Of a DNA stretch of 64,000 nt, positions 54,045-64,000 are shown in pieces. The stretch's first letter is position 1; every line of letters begins with the position of its first letter. The DNA is taken from contig CAYTEO010000004.1 in assembly GCA_964436825.1 (NCBI GenBank), forward strand, positions 28,372 to 92,371, given 5' to 3'. A program made the translations under genes and the position numbers. This stretch comes from an uncultured Fibrobacteraceae bacterium. Its GTDB lineage: Bacteria > Krumholzibacteriota > Krumholzibacteriia > LZORAL124-64-63. The notes beneath the pieces were generated by a model that saw only the letters and a program-made list of their open reading frames with translations, did not search any database and was not told the origin of the DNA.

Positions 54045-54824
54045 TCAGGTCGCGACGCTCTTCTTCGCTTCCCGGGCCAGGATCCGGTTGAGCATGGCCG
54101 TCAGGTCGTCGGTCGAGAGCCCTCTTTCGATCCGGCCCTGGTAGGCCAGGGAGATGGCCCGGGTCTCCTCGGAGACGACGATGACGACCGCGTCGGAGAC
54201 CTCGGTCAGGCCGATGGCGGCCCGATGGCGGGTGCCGAGCTGGTAACTCAGCTCGGTCTGCTCCGAGTTGGGCAGGATGCAGGCGGCCGCGGCGATCCGG
54301 TCCTCGCTGATGATGATGGCGCCGTCGTGCAGGGGCCCAGGGACGGTGAAGATGGACTCGATGAGCTCGCTGGAGATCTTGGCGTCCAGCTCCGTTCCCG
54401 TCTTGATCCAGCGTCCCAGGCCGATCTCCCGCTCCAGGACGATCAGGGCACCCAGGCCACGCCGGCTGAGTCGCTCGGTGGCCTTGATGATGTCGTTCTG
54501 GGCCGGGATCTCGTTGGTCGTGGAGAAGAACTTCAGCAGGCGCCGGCGCCCCAGGTAGGTCAGGGCCGTCCGCAGCTCGGGCTGGAAGATGATCAGGAAG
54601 GCGACGACCCAGACCGTCTGCAGCGAGGAGATGATCTGCCGCAGGACGATCATCCCGGTGCGGTCGGCCACCCAGGCCATCAGCACCAGGATTCCCAGAC
54701 CCGCCAGCATCTGGATGGCGCGAGTGCCGTAGACCAGCAGCAGGAGCCGGTAGATCAGCAGCGCCACCAGCAGGATGTCGAGCAGGTCGATCAGCAGGGA
54801 ATCGTGCAGGAACGAGCTCATGAT
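54045..54824 (-). CDS. cdaA: diadenylate cyclase CdaA (c-di-AMP synthase, membrane-anchored DAC domain)
   Basis: Start ATG 54824 (MSSFLHD…). Three N-terminal TM helices. DAC motifs PLHDGAIII (DGA) and GTRHRAAIG (RHR). Confidence 0.85.
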   Translation of the reverse strand: MMSSFLHDSLLIDLLDILLVALLIYRLLLLVYGTRAIQMLAGLGILVLMAWVADRTGMIVLRQIISSLQTVWVVAFLIIFQPELRTALTYLGRRRLLKFFSTTNEIPAQNDIIKATERLSRRGLGALIVLEREIGLGRWIKTGTELDAKISSELIESIFTVPGPLHDGAIIISEDRIAAAACILPNSEQTELSYQLGTRHRAAIGLTEVSDAVVIVVSEETRAISLAYQGRIERGLSTDDLTAMLNRILAREAKKSVAT

Positions 54825-54939
54825 CTCCCGCCGGGTCTGGTGAACGGACGACGTCGCGGCGAAGGGTAGCACCCGTCACCGGGTGCGGCAACAGCGGCCT
54901 CGCCGTCCGTCGGCACCGGTCCGGGATGGACGACCGGCG

Positions 54940-55799
54940 TCACCGCGCTGCGGCGACGGCCTCCAGGACAGCCAGCGTCTGGACGGTGGCCGCCACGTCG
55001 TGGACCCGGACCACCGCCACCCCCTGGGTGAACGCCGCCGCCACGGCGGCCAGGCTGCCGGGCAGGCGGTCCTCGACGCCGGCCCCGGTCAGCATCCCGA
55101 TGAACGACTTGCGCGAGGCGCCCAGCAGGACGGGCCGGCCGCCGCCGAGCGTCTCCAGGTGCGCCAGCAGTGCCAGGTTGTGGGCGAGGGTCTTGCCGAA
55201 CCCGATGCCCGGGTCGACGACGATCGCCTCGCGGACGACGCCGGCCGCCTCCGCCGCCGCGGCCCGCTCGGCCAGGAAGGCCGACACCTCGGCCACGACG
55301 TCGTCGTAGCGGGGATCGATCTGCATCGTCCGGGGCGAGCCGGCCATGTGCATCAGGACCAGTCCCGCTTCCCGCTCGGCGACCAGCGGCAGCATCCGGG
55401 GATCGCCACGGCCGGCGGTGATGTCGTTGATGCCGTCGGCGCCGGCCTCCAGGGCCGCGGCGGCGGTCTCGGCGCGGTAGGTGTCGACGGTCAGCGGTAG
55501 GTCGCAGGCGTCGCGGACGGCCGCGAGGGCGGGCAGCAGGCGGTGACGCTCCTCGTCCGGGGAGACGGGATCGGCGCCGGGACGGGACGACTCGGCGCCC
55601 AGGTCCAGCAGGTCCGCCCCGGCGGCCGCCATGGCCCGGGCCTGGTCGGCCACGGCACCGGGAGCGACGCGCGAGCCGGGATAGAAGCTGTCGGGGGTCA
55701 GGTTGAGGATCCCCATCACCAGGGGGCGCCCGCCCAGCGGCAGGCGCCTGCGGCCCAACCGCCAGACGGCGGCCGGGTGGCCGGCGTCCCCGGCGGTGG

Positions 55800-55803
<4 letters not shown>
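54940..55803 (-). CDS. folP: dihydropteroate synthase
   Basis: MGILNLTPDSFYPGS, DLLDLGAESSRPGA, VDTYRAETAAAALEAGADGINDI and VDPGIGFGK motifs. GTG 55803 overlaps the ftsH stop (GTGA); the alternative ATG is 55716. Confidence 0.85.
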
Positions 55804-57836
<2,033 letters not shown>

Positions 57837-57857
57837 AGATCTCCTAGAGGATGGCGG

Positions 57858-59258
57858 TCACACGGGATCGAGACGGAGTGTAACGTTCCGCCGCTCACCC
57901 GGCAAGATACGCGTCCGCGCGGCCGCCGCCAAGCCGACGACCCACAGGACGCCGCCCCGGTCCGCGACGACGAGCACCCCCTCGCGGCGGAACCAGGGGA
58001 TCCTCCGCTCCTGGAGCAGGTCGCCCACCAGGACGGGGTGCCTCCCCGCGACGGGGACCAGCCGGTCGCCGGCCTCCCACCGGCGCAGGTGCGGATCGCC
58101 GCGCAGGGCGTCTTCCGGGACGGTCAGCCGGTACGGCAGGGGCCGGGGCGGGCAGCCGTGCTGGATGGGGTCGACGACCGGCTCCCCGTCGGTGGGCGCG
58201 ACGGTGAGGGCCAGGCGCACCGCCGGGGCGTGCGGTGGTTCCGGGGGCAGCAGGGCGATTCCGTCGAAGGCCCGGGCCGCGCGCCAGCCGCCGCAGAGGT
58301 CGATCGCCGAGCCGCTGCGGCTGCGCGGCAGCCAGGCCAGGAGCCGTCGCCAGTGGCGCTCCTCCAGCAGCGGGGCGCCGATCCCGGCGCCCTGGGCGGC
58401 GTAGGCCAGCGCGAGCATGACGACCCGCCGGGCCAGCGGGGCCGGCAGGGCGGTCAGCCCGGCCGCGGGCAGCAGGCCGTCGTCGCGGCCGGCGGCCAGC
58501 CGCTCCAGCGCCTGCGCGGCCAGCCGGTGCAGGGTGTCGCTCTCGGCAGCGGCCAGCCGGGCCAGCCGCAGCGGCGCCTCCCTGGCGGCGGGGCCGAAGA
58601 TCGCCTCGGCCAGCGGCACCAGCTCGTGGCGAACCCGGCTGCGGCGGTTCTGCCCGTCGGCGTTGGTGCTGTCGTCCCGCCAGGGTTGTTCCTGGCGCCG
58701 GAGAAAGGCGAGGATCTCCCGGCGGTCCGTCTCCAGCAGGGGGCGGACGAGCCGGCCGATGACCGGCCGCATGACGGCCAGGCCGTCCAGGCCGGTCCCG
58801 CGGAACAGGCGCAGCAGGATCGTCTCGAGCTGGTCGTCCCGCTGGTGACCCAGGGCGCAGGCGGTCAGCTCCGCCGACCCGTCCAGCACCGCTGTGATGG
58901 CCTGGAGGCGCAGGTGGCGGGCCGCCTCCTCCAGCCCGGCGCCCCGGGCGGCGGCCGTCTCGGTCGTGGCGACCCGGCGGACGGTCAGCGGGACGTCGTG
59001 GCGGGCGCAGAGGTCGCGGCAGAACGCCTCGTCCCCGTCGCTCTCGGCGCCGCGCAGCCCGTGGTTGAGGTGCAGGGCGGCCACGGGCCGGCCGGTCCGC
59101 CCTCTCCAGGCGACGGCGGTCAGCAGCAGGGCCGTCGAGTCGGGACCGCCGGACAGCGCGACCAGCAGGCCGGGTTCGCTGCCGGGACCGGAAGCGCGGT
59201 GCACCAGCTCGTCGAGCCGGGGGACGTGGCGCTGCAGGAAGGGATCGCTCGCTGTCAT
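57858..59258 (-). CDS. tilS: tRNA(Ile)-lysidine synthetase
   Basis: PP-loop LLVALSGGPDSTALL at the N-terminus of a 466-aa protein, upstream of ftsH in the conserved tilS-…-ftsH arrangement. Start ATG 59258. Confidence 0.8.
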   Translation of the reverse strand: MTASDPFLQRHVPRLDELVHRASGPGSEPGLLVALSGGPDSTALLLTAVAWRGRTGRPVAALHLNHGLRGAESDGDEAFCRDLCARHDVPLTVRRVATTETAAARGAGLEEAARHLRLQAITAVLDGSAELTACALGHQRDDQLETILLRLFRGTGLDGLAVMRPVIGRLVRPLLETDRREILAFLRRQEQPWRDDSTNADGQNRRSRVRHELVPLAEAIFGPAAREAPLRLARLAAAESDTLHRLAAQALERLAAGRDDGLLPAAGLTALPAPLARRVVMLALAYAAQGAGIGAPLLEERHWRRLLAWLPRSRSGSAIDLCGGWRAARAFDGIALLPPEPPHAPAVRLALTVAPTDGEPVVDPIQHGCPPRPLPYRLTVPEDALRGDPHLRRWEAGDRLVPVAGRHPVLVGDLLQERRIPWFRREGVLVVADRGGVLWVVGLAAAARTRILPGERRNVTLRLDPV

Positions 59259-59289
59259 GGAATCCGCCCGGAGGGGGCAAAAAAGGAAA

Positions 59290-59366
59290 TGGTAGCGGCT
59301 CAGGGACTCGAACCCCGGACACGTGGATTATGATTCCACTGCTCTAACCAACTGAGCTAAGCCGCC
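59290..59366 (-). tRNA. tRNA with anticodon CAT (elongator Met or Ile2/lysidine substrate), 77 nt with encoded CCA
   Basis: Minus-strand sequence GGCGGCTTAGCTCAGTTGGTTAGAGCAGTGGAATCATAATCCACGTGTCCGGGGTTCGAGTCCCTGAGCCGCTACCA folds as a cloverleaf: 7-bp acceptor (G1·U72 wobble), D-arm GCTC/GAGC, anticodon stem GTGGA/TCCAC with loop ATCATAA, T-arm CGGGG-TTCGAGT-CCCTG. Confidence 0.85.
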
Positions 59367-59431
59367 ACCATATTCCGTTTTCAGGAGCCGCCAAGGAGCG
59401 GCTGATCAGAATCTAGACCAGCCCGCATCCC

Positions 59432-59460
59432 TTGTCAAGGGGGAGCGGCACCCCTATTGT
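59432..59460 (+). promoter_or_regulatory. sigma-70-like promoter candidate for ilvC
   Basis: TTGTCA-N17-TATTGT, 40 nt upstream of ATG 59500. GGAGAGG RBS at 59487-93. Confidence 0.3.
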
Positions 59461-59499
59461 CGGCACGTCACGCGGTGGCCTGAACCGGAGAGGCGTTCC

Positions 59500-60543
59500 A
59501 TGGCAGACGATCGGACGGTGTTCCCGCCGGAGGTCTTCGAGGAGGCGGATGTCGATCTCGCGCCCCTGGCCGACCGGACCGTGGCCGTGGTCGGCTACGG
59601 CAACCAGGGGCACGCCCACGCCCTGAACCTGCGCGACAGCGGGATCGAGGTCCTGGTCGGCGCCCGGCCGGGAGGTCGGGGCGCAGCGGCGGCCCGCGAC
59701 GCCGGCTTCCCGGTCCTGGCACCGGCGGCGGCCGCGGCCGCCGCCGACGTCGTCATGCTCCTGCTGCCCGACGAGGTCCAGCAGGCGGTCTGGGAGCGGG
59801 AGGTCGCCCCGCACCTGCGGCCCGGCGCGGCGGTGGGATTCGCCCACGGCTTCGCCGTCGCCTTCGGGCTGATCACCCCGCCACCGGGGGTGCCGTGTTT
59901 CCTGGTGGCGCCCAAGGGACAGGGACACATGCTGCGCCGGGCCTACCGCGCCGGCGGCGGGCTGCCGTCCCTGCTGGCGGTGGTCCCGCCGGCCGACGAC
60001 GCAACCTGGCGCCTGGCGGCTGCGTATGCCAAGGCGATCGGCTGCCTGCGCGGGGGCGGTTTCACGACGACCTTCCGCGAGGAATGCGTGGCCGACCAGT
60101 TCGGGGAGCAGGCCGTCCTGTGCGGCGGGTTGCCGGAGCTGATCGTCGCCGCCTTCGAGACCCTCGTCGCTCGCGGCTACGACGAGCGGAACGCCTACTT
60201 CGAATGCGTCCACGAGGTGAAACTCATCGCCGACCTGCTCCACGCCGAGGGGATCGACGGCATGCGGCGCCTCATCAGCCCCACGGCGGCCTACGGCGGG
60301 CTGACCCGGGGGCCGCGCCTGATCGACCAGGAGGTCCGCCGCCGGCTGGTGGCGATCCTGGACGAGATCGAGAGCGGCGCCTTCGCGCGCGAGTTCCTGG
60401 AAGACGCCGCCTCCAGCAAGCCCCGCCTGGAGGAGTTGCGCCGGCGGGAGGCCGCAGGGCAACTGGCCGCCTCCGGGCGGCGCCTGCGGGAGCGACTGGC
60501 CGCGCTCGGCCTGCACAAAGACGAGGAGGACGACGATGCATGA
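59500..60543 (+). CDS. ilvC: ketol-acid reductoisomerase (class I)
   Basis: Rossmann motif VAVVGYGNQGHAHALNLRDSG, and LPDEVQ…, GFAHGFAV, FREECVADQFGEQAVLCGG motifs. 347 aa. Confidence 0.85.
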   Translation: MADDRTVFPPEVFEEADVDLAPLADRTVAVVGYGNQGHAHALNLRDSGIEVLVGARPGGRGAAAARDAGFPVLAPAAAAAAADVVMLLLPDEVQQAVWEREVAPHLRPGAAVGFAHGFAVAFGLITPPPGVPCFLVAPKGQGHMLRRAYRAGGGLPSLLAVVPPADDATWRLAAAYAKAIGCLRGGGFTTTFREECVADQFGEQAVLCGGLPELIVAAFETLVARGYDERNAYFECVHEVKLIADLLHAEGIDGMRRLISPTAAYGGLTRGPRLIDQEVRRRLVAILDEIESGAFAREFLEDAASSKPRLEELRRREAAGQLAASGRRLRERLAALGLHKDEEDDDA

Positions 60544-61231
60544 CGGTGTCCTGACCCGCCTCCGACTCATCCTGACCGACCCGGCCCGCGCCATGGCGAT
60601 GGTGCGCGAGCGCCCCCGGTGGGCCGTGGGAGCGCTGATCTGCCTGCTGGCCGTCGGCCTGATGAGCGCGACGACGATCCAGATCACCGGGCCCGAGCAG
60701 ATCGACCTGATGAAGGATACCAAGCTGGGTCAGGCGATGAGCGACGAGCAGCTGGACGAGCAGTACGCCCGTTTCGAGGAGATCTCGACGGGGCGGCGCA
60801 TCGCGGCGGGCGTCCAGGCCGGCCTGGGGATCCTGGTCACCCTGCTGTTCCTGTCGGCCCTCTACCACCTGGCGGCCAAGATCACCGGTGGCCAGGGCGG
60901 GTTCCGGCACACCCTGGGGATCGTCTGCTGGGCCAACATCGTCGGGCTCGCACTGGCCTCGCTGGTGAAGATCCCCCTGGTCCTGGCCCGCGGCTCGTCC
61001 ATGGACCTGTCGTTCGGGCCGGCCCTGCTGGTGGCCGACCGTGGTCCCCTCGATGCCCTGTTCCAGGTGCTCTCCCTGTTCGACCTGTTCACCGTCTGGA
61101 CGGTCGTGCTCGTGGTCGTCGGCTTCGAGCAGGTCCACGGGCTGGCCCGCGGCAGGGCCGCCGCGGCGGTGGTGACGATCTGGCTGCTGGTCTCGCTGGT
61201 CATGATCGGCATCGGGCGCCTGTTCATCTGA
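60536..61231 (+). CDS. Yip1-domain family membrane protein
   Basis: ATG overlaps the ilvC stop. Soluble N-terminus then 5 TM helices (…GLGILVTLLFLSALYHLAAKITGG…CWANIVGLALASLV…). Confidence 0.55.
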   Translation: MHDGVLTRLRLILTDPARAMAMVRERPRWAVGALICLLAVGLMSATTIQITGPEQIDLMKDTKLGQAMSDEQLDEQYARFEEISTGRRIAAGVQAGLGILVTLLFLSALYHLAAKITGGQGGFRHTLGIVCWANIVGLALASLVKIPLVLARGSSMDLSFGPALLVADRGPLDALFQVLSLFDLFTVWTVVLVVVGFEQVHGLARGRAAAAVVTIWLLVSLVMIGIGRLFI

Positions 61232-61257
61232 GCGGGTGACGCGGAAAGGACGACGAC

Positions 61258-62511
61258 GTGAGGAAATGGCTCCTGCTGGCCGCCGCCGTGCTGGTGGTGG
61301 CGCTCATCGCGGTCAACCTGGTCCGCCGCAACGGACGGGCCGTGCAGGTGGAGACGGCCGAGGTCGCCCGCAAGAACCTGACGGAGACGGTCGCCGCCTC
61401 GGGCAAGCTGACGCCCAAGCGCAAGGTGAACGTCAGCGCCAACACGATGGGGCGCATCACCAGGCTGGCCGTCGATGAGGGGGACACCGTCCGGGCCGGC
61501 GACTTCCTGCTGGAGATCGATCCCACCGAGTACTCCACGGCCCTGCGGGGCCTGGAGGCGGCCCTGGCCAGCGCCCGGGCCGGCCTGGCCAGCGCCCGGG
61601 CCGCCGCCGCCAAGGCGGACGAGGACCTCGCCCGCGTCGAGCAGCTCTACGGCGAGGGGCTGGCCAGCGAGCAGCAGCTGGCCGACGCCCGCACCAGCGC
61701 CAGCGTCCAGCGGGCCGAAGCCGATGCCGCCGCGGCGCGTGTCCGCCAGGCCGAGGCCAACCTGGACCGGGCCCGCTACGACCTCTCCAAGGTGACGATC
61801 ACCGCGCCCATGGGCGGTGTCATCACCCGCCTCAACGTGGAGGAGGGGGAGAACGCGGTGGTCGGGACCCTGAACGTGCCCGGGACGGTCCTGCTGGAGA
61901 TCGCCGACCTGGCGACGATGGAGGCCGAGGTCGACGTCGACGAGACCGAGGTGGTCAAGGTGGCCCTGGGCCAGCCGGTCGCGGTGGAGGTGGACGCCTT
62001 CCCCGACACGAGCTTCGCCGGCACGGTCACCGAGATCGGCAACAGCCCCATCTTCTCCGGCGGCGACCGGCAGCAGGCCGTGGACTTCAAGGTGATCGTC
62101 ACCCTGCGGGACCGGATCGAGAGGGTCCGGCCGGGTCTGTCGGCCAAGGCCAAGATCACCGTCGGGACGGCCGACAGCGTCGTGGCCGTGCCCATCGGGG
62201 CGGTCGTCGTCCGCAAGTGGCCGCCGGTGCCGCCGGCCCACGGGCGCCGCCGCGCCCACCGTCGCGCCGACGCCGACACGACCGGGGTCGAGCGGAAGGA
62301 GCGCGAGGGTGTCTTCGTCGTCGAGGACGGCGTGGCCCGCTTCCGTCCCCTGGAGCTGGGCCTGACCGGCGAGGAGGACTTCCAGGTCCTGTCCGGCCTG
62401 GAGGCGGGCGAGACGATCGTCACCGGCCCGTTCCGCGTCCTGCGCGACCTGCGCGACGGCGACGCGGTCAAACCGGCCCGGGACAAGGGACGCCGCGGCG
62501 GGAAGCGATGA
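61258..62511 (+). CDS. efflux transporter periplasmic adaptor subunit (HlyD/MacA family)
   Basis: N-terminal TM anchor, long Ala/Glu/Arg-rich coiled-coil (…LEAALASARAGLASARAAAAKADEDLARVEQLY…), lipoyl/beta-barrel motifs ITAPMGGVITRLNVEEGE. Confidence 0.8.
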   Translation: MRKWLLLAAAVLVVALIAVNLVRRNGRAVQVETAEVARKNLTETVAASGKLTPKRKVNVSANTMGRITRLAVDEGDTVRAGDFLLEIDPTEYSTALRGLEAALASARAGLASARAAAAKADEDLARVEQLYGEGLASEQQLADARTSASVQRAEADAAAARVRQAEANLDRARYDLSKVTITAPMGGVITRLNVEEGENAVVGTLNVPGTVLLEIADLATMEAEVDVDETEVVKVALGQPVAVEVDAFPDTSFAGTVTEIGNSPIFSGGDRQQAVDFKVIVTLRDRIERVRPGLSAKAKITVGTADSVVAVPIGAVVVRKWPPVPPAHGRRRAHRRADADTTGVERKEREGVFVVEDGVARFRPLELGLTGEEDFQVLSGLEAGETIVTGPFRVLRDLRDGDAVKPARDKGRRGGKR

Positions 62512-63739
62512 ACCTGCTGGAGGGTGTCCGCATCGCCCTGGACAGCCTGCGGCGCCACAAGCTGCGGACCCTGCTGACGCTGCTGGGGAACATCGTCGGG
62601 ACGATGAGCGTCATCGCCGTCGTCTCGCTGATCAACGGCGTCGACCTCTACGCCCGCCAGAAGGTCCTGGAGGAGGGGAGCAACGTCTTCACCGTCTCGC
62701 GGGTCAACTTCTTCGAGATCCTGACCGACCTGGACGCCTTCCTCGAGTCCCTGAGCAACCCCCGCCTGACCCTGGACGACCGCGACTGGTTGCGGGAACG
62801 GATGACGACCCCGGCGACGATCGGCGCCTCCGTGGAGGGGTCGGCCGACCTCTGGGCGCCGGGAGGGAAGACCTCGCGCGGCGTCCAGGTCCAGGGCAAG
62901 ACATCCGACTACCCCCTGCTGGACAAGTGGGAGCTGGCCGCCGGCCGGCACTTCAGCCGGCAGGAGGTCCGCGCCAGCCGCACGGTCGTCGTCCTGGGCT
63001 GGGGGATCGCCCGGGACCTGTTCCCCCGGCTGGCCGATCCGGTCGGACGGGAGGTCAAGATCGGGCGGCGGCATTTCACGGTGGTCGGCGTGGCCGCGGA
63101 GCGGCCGCGGATCCTGGGCAACGACCGCAACCGCTTCGTCGTCGTCCCCATCACGACCTACCGCAAGGTCTTCGGCGGCGGCGAGTCGGTGGACATCAAG
63201 GTCGCCGTCACCGACCTGGCGCAGCTGGAGGACGCCAAGGAGGAGGTCCGCCAGCTGATGCGGATCCGCCACCGGCTGCGTCCCACCCAGAAGGACGATT
63301 TCGGGATCGTGACCATGGACGAGCTGCTGGGGATCTGGTCGGGGATCTCCAGGGCCATCTACAGCGCCCTGGTGCCGCTGGTGGGGATCAGCCTCGTCGT
63401 GGGCGGGATCGTCCTGATGAACATCATGCTCGTGGCCGTCACCGAGCGGACCCGCGAGATCGGCATCCGCAAGGCCATCGGCGCGCGCCGGGCGGCCGTC
63501 CTGTGGCAGTTCCTGGTCGAGTCGATCACCCTGTCGGTCAGCGGCGGGCTGCTGGGGATCGGCATCGGGACGGCCCTGGCGGCGCTGATCGCCGCCGTCT
63601 CGCCGGTGCCGTTCTCCTTCGCGCCGTGGTCGGTGGCGCTGGGGCTGTCGGTGACCTTCGTCGTGGGGCTGGTCTTCGGGACCTATCCGGCCTGGAAGGC
63701 GGCCGGCCTGGACCCGGTGGAGGCGCTGCGCCATGAATG
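62508..63739 (+). CDS. ABC transporter permease (MacB/FtsX-like, with periplasmic MacB_PCD domain)
   Basis: ATGA overlap with the adaptor stop. N-terminal TM, large periplasmic domain, and C-terminal FtsX region with ERTREIGIRKAIGA motif. Confidence 0.8.
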
Positions 63740-64000
63740 AGCGGATGCGTTTCGCCGACGTGCTGGACCAGGCGTGGCGGATCGTCACCGGCCACCGGCT
63801 GCGCAGCTTCCTGCTCATCCTGGGGGTGGCCGTCGGGGTGGCCACCCTGCTGGGGATCACGACCATCGTCCGGGGGCTGAGCGGCAAGATCCGCCAGGAC
63901 ATCGTCTCGGCGGCCCGGCCCTACCTCTACGTGGCCCGCTACACCGGCCTGGGCGGGGAAGACGTGGAGGCGAAGATGCGCCGGCCCCAGATCCAGCCCG
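63732..64000 (+). CDS. ABC transporter permease (FtsX-like), N-terminal 89 aa; continues beyond window end
   Basis: ATG 63732 overlaps the previous gene's end. MNERMRFADVLDQAWRIVTGHRLRSFLLILGVAVGVATLLGI parallels the start of the upstream permease. Confidence 0.6.

Overview
This 64 kb window is high-GC (roughly 68-70 %, with a strong G/C bias at codon third positions) and densely coded on both strands. It reads as core chromosome from an uncultivated Gram-negative bacterium. Outer-membrane and lipoprotein signals are present, sigma-54 machinery is present, and secreted proteins carry T9SS/FlgD-Ig-type C-terminal sorting domains. I support about 60 protein genes and one tRNA (anticodon CAT). 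There is no rRNA, CRISPR array, transposase, integrase or phage gene. Because of the GC content, the six-frame track holds many long low-complexity R/A/G/P-rich shadow ORFs (for example 22373..25249-, 27516..31412-, 15734..18250-, 45875..49180+). I rejected these in favour of frames with recognisable family motifs and sensible signal peptides or RBSs.

Recognisable content, in order along the window:
- a membrane protein cut by the window edge, a DUF1684 lipoprotein, a DUF456 protein, a plant-type asparaginase lipoprotein and a small OM beta-barrel;
- a frameshifted and stop-interrupted sensor kinase, followed by a sigma-54 activator with a vestigial receiver;
- MltF, DUF503, a cyclase, a CaCA exchanger, RsuA/RluB, a SAM-MTase and a secreted-type beta-helix protein;
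- a PLP fold-II enzyme, aconitase, and an amidotransferase plus GT2 (LPS-type);
- ArfB, an RNase-J-like MBL hydrolase, an orphan DNA MTase coupled to MarC, and a NifX / MinD-ferredoxin x2 / NifX operon;
- a nupC-thioesterase-trmH operon, arsR and a Cd/Zn P-type ATPase, udk-hpt-guaB, an MFS transporter and a divergent PAP2;
- a secreted tandem PPC-like protein, a class-V aminotransferase plus DUF190, NMO, queG, an AmmeMemoRadiSam-type radical SAM, hlyIII and queF;
- a Wzx-like flippase and a 1042-aa S8 subtilase with a T9SS-type CTD;
- a DUF3524 (QTMAN/GTDC1-like) glycosyltransferase, a HAD-IIA hydrolase and an alpha/beta hydrolase as one overlapping operon;
- a sigma-54-promoter-driven HTH plus STAS-GAF pair;
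- cdaA, folP, ftsH, tilS with a tRNA-CAT 31 nt upstream, ilvC, a Yip1 protein and a MacAB-like efflux set.

The hunt items I rate highest:
- a possible bacterial queuosine-glycosylation cassette (DUF3524-HAD-hydrolase) sitting in a neighbourhood rich in tRNA modification genes (queG, queF, tilS, trmH);
- a sigma-54-dependent HTH / STAS-GAF module with an overlapping palindrome;
- a new shared C-terminal decapeptide tail on two secreted proteins, plus a stand-alone mini-CTD peptide;
- the decayed two-component system;
- the NifX / MinD-Fd cluster;
- the MarC-MTase pair;
- a 580-bp convergent spacer with no ORF I can defend.

Every functional call rests on motifs and architecture read by eye from the sequence. 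I ran no database search.
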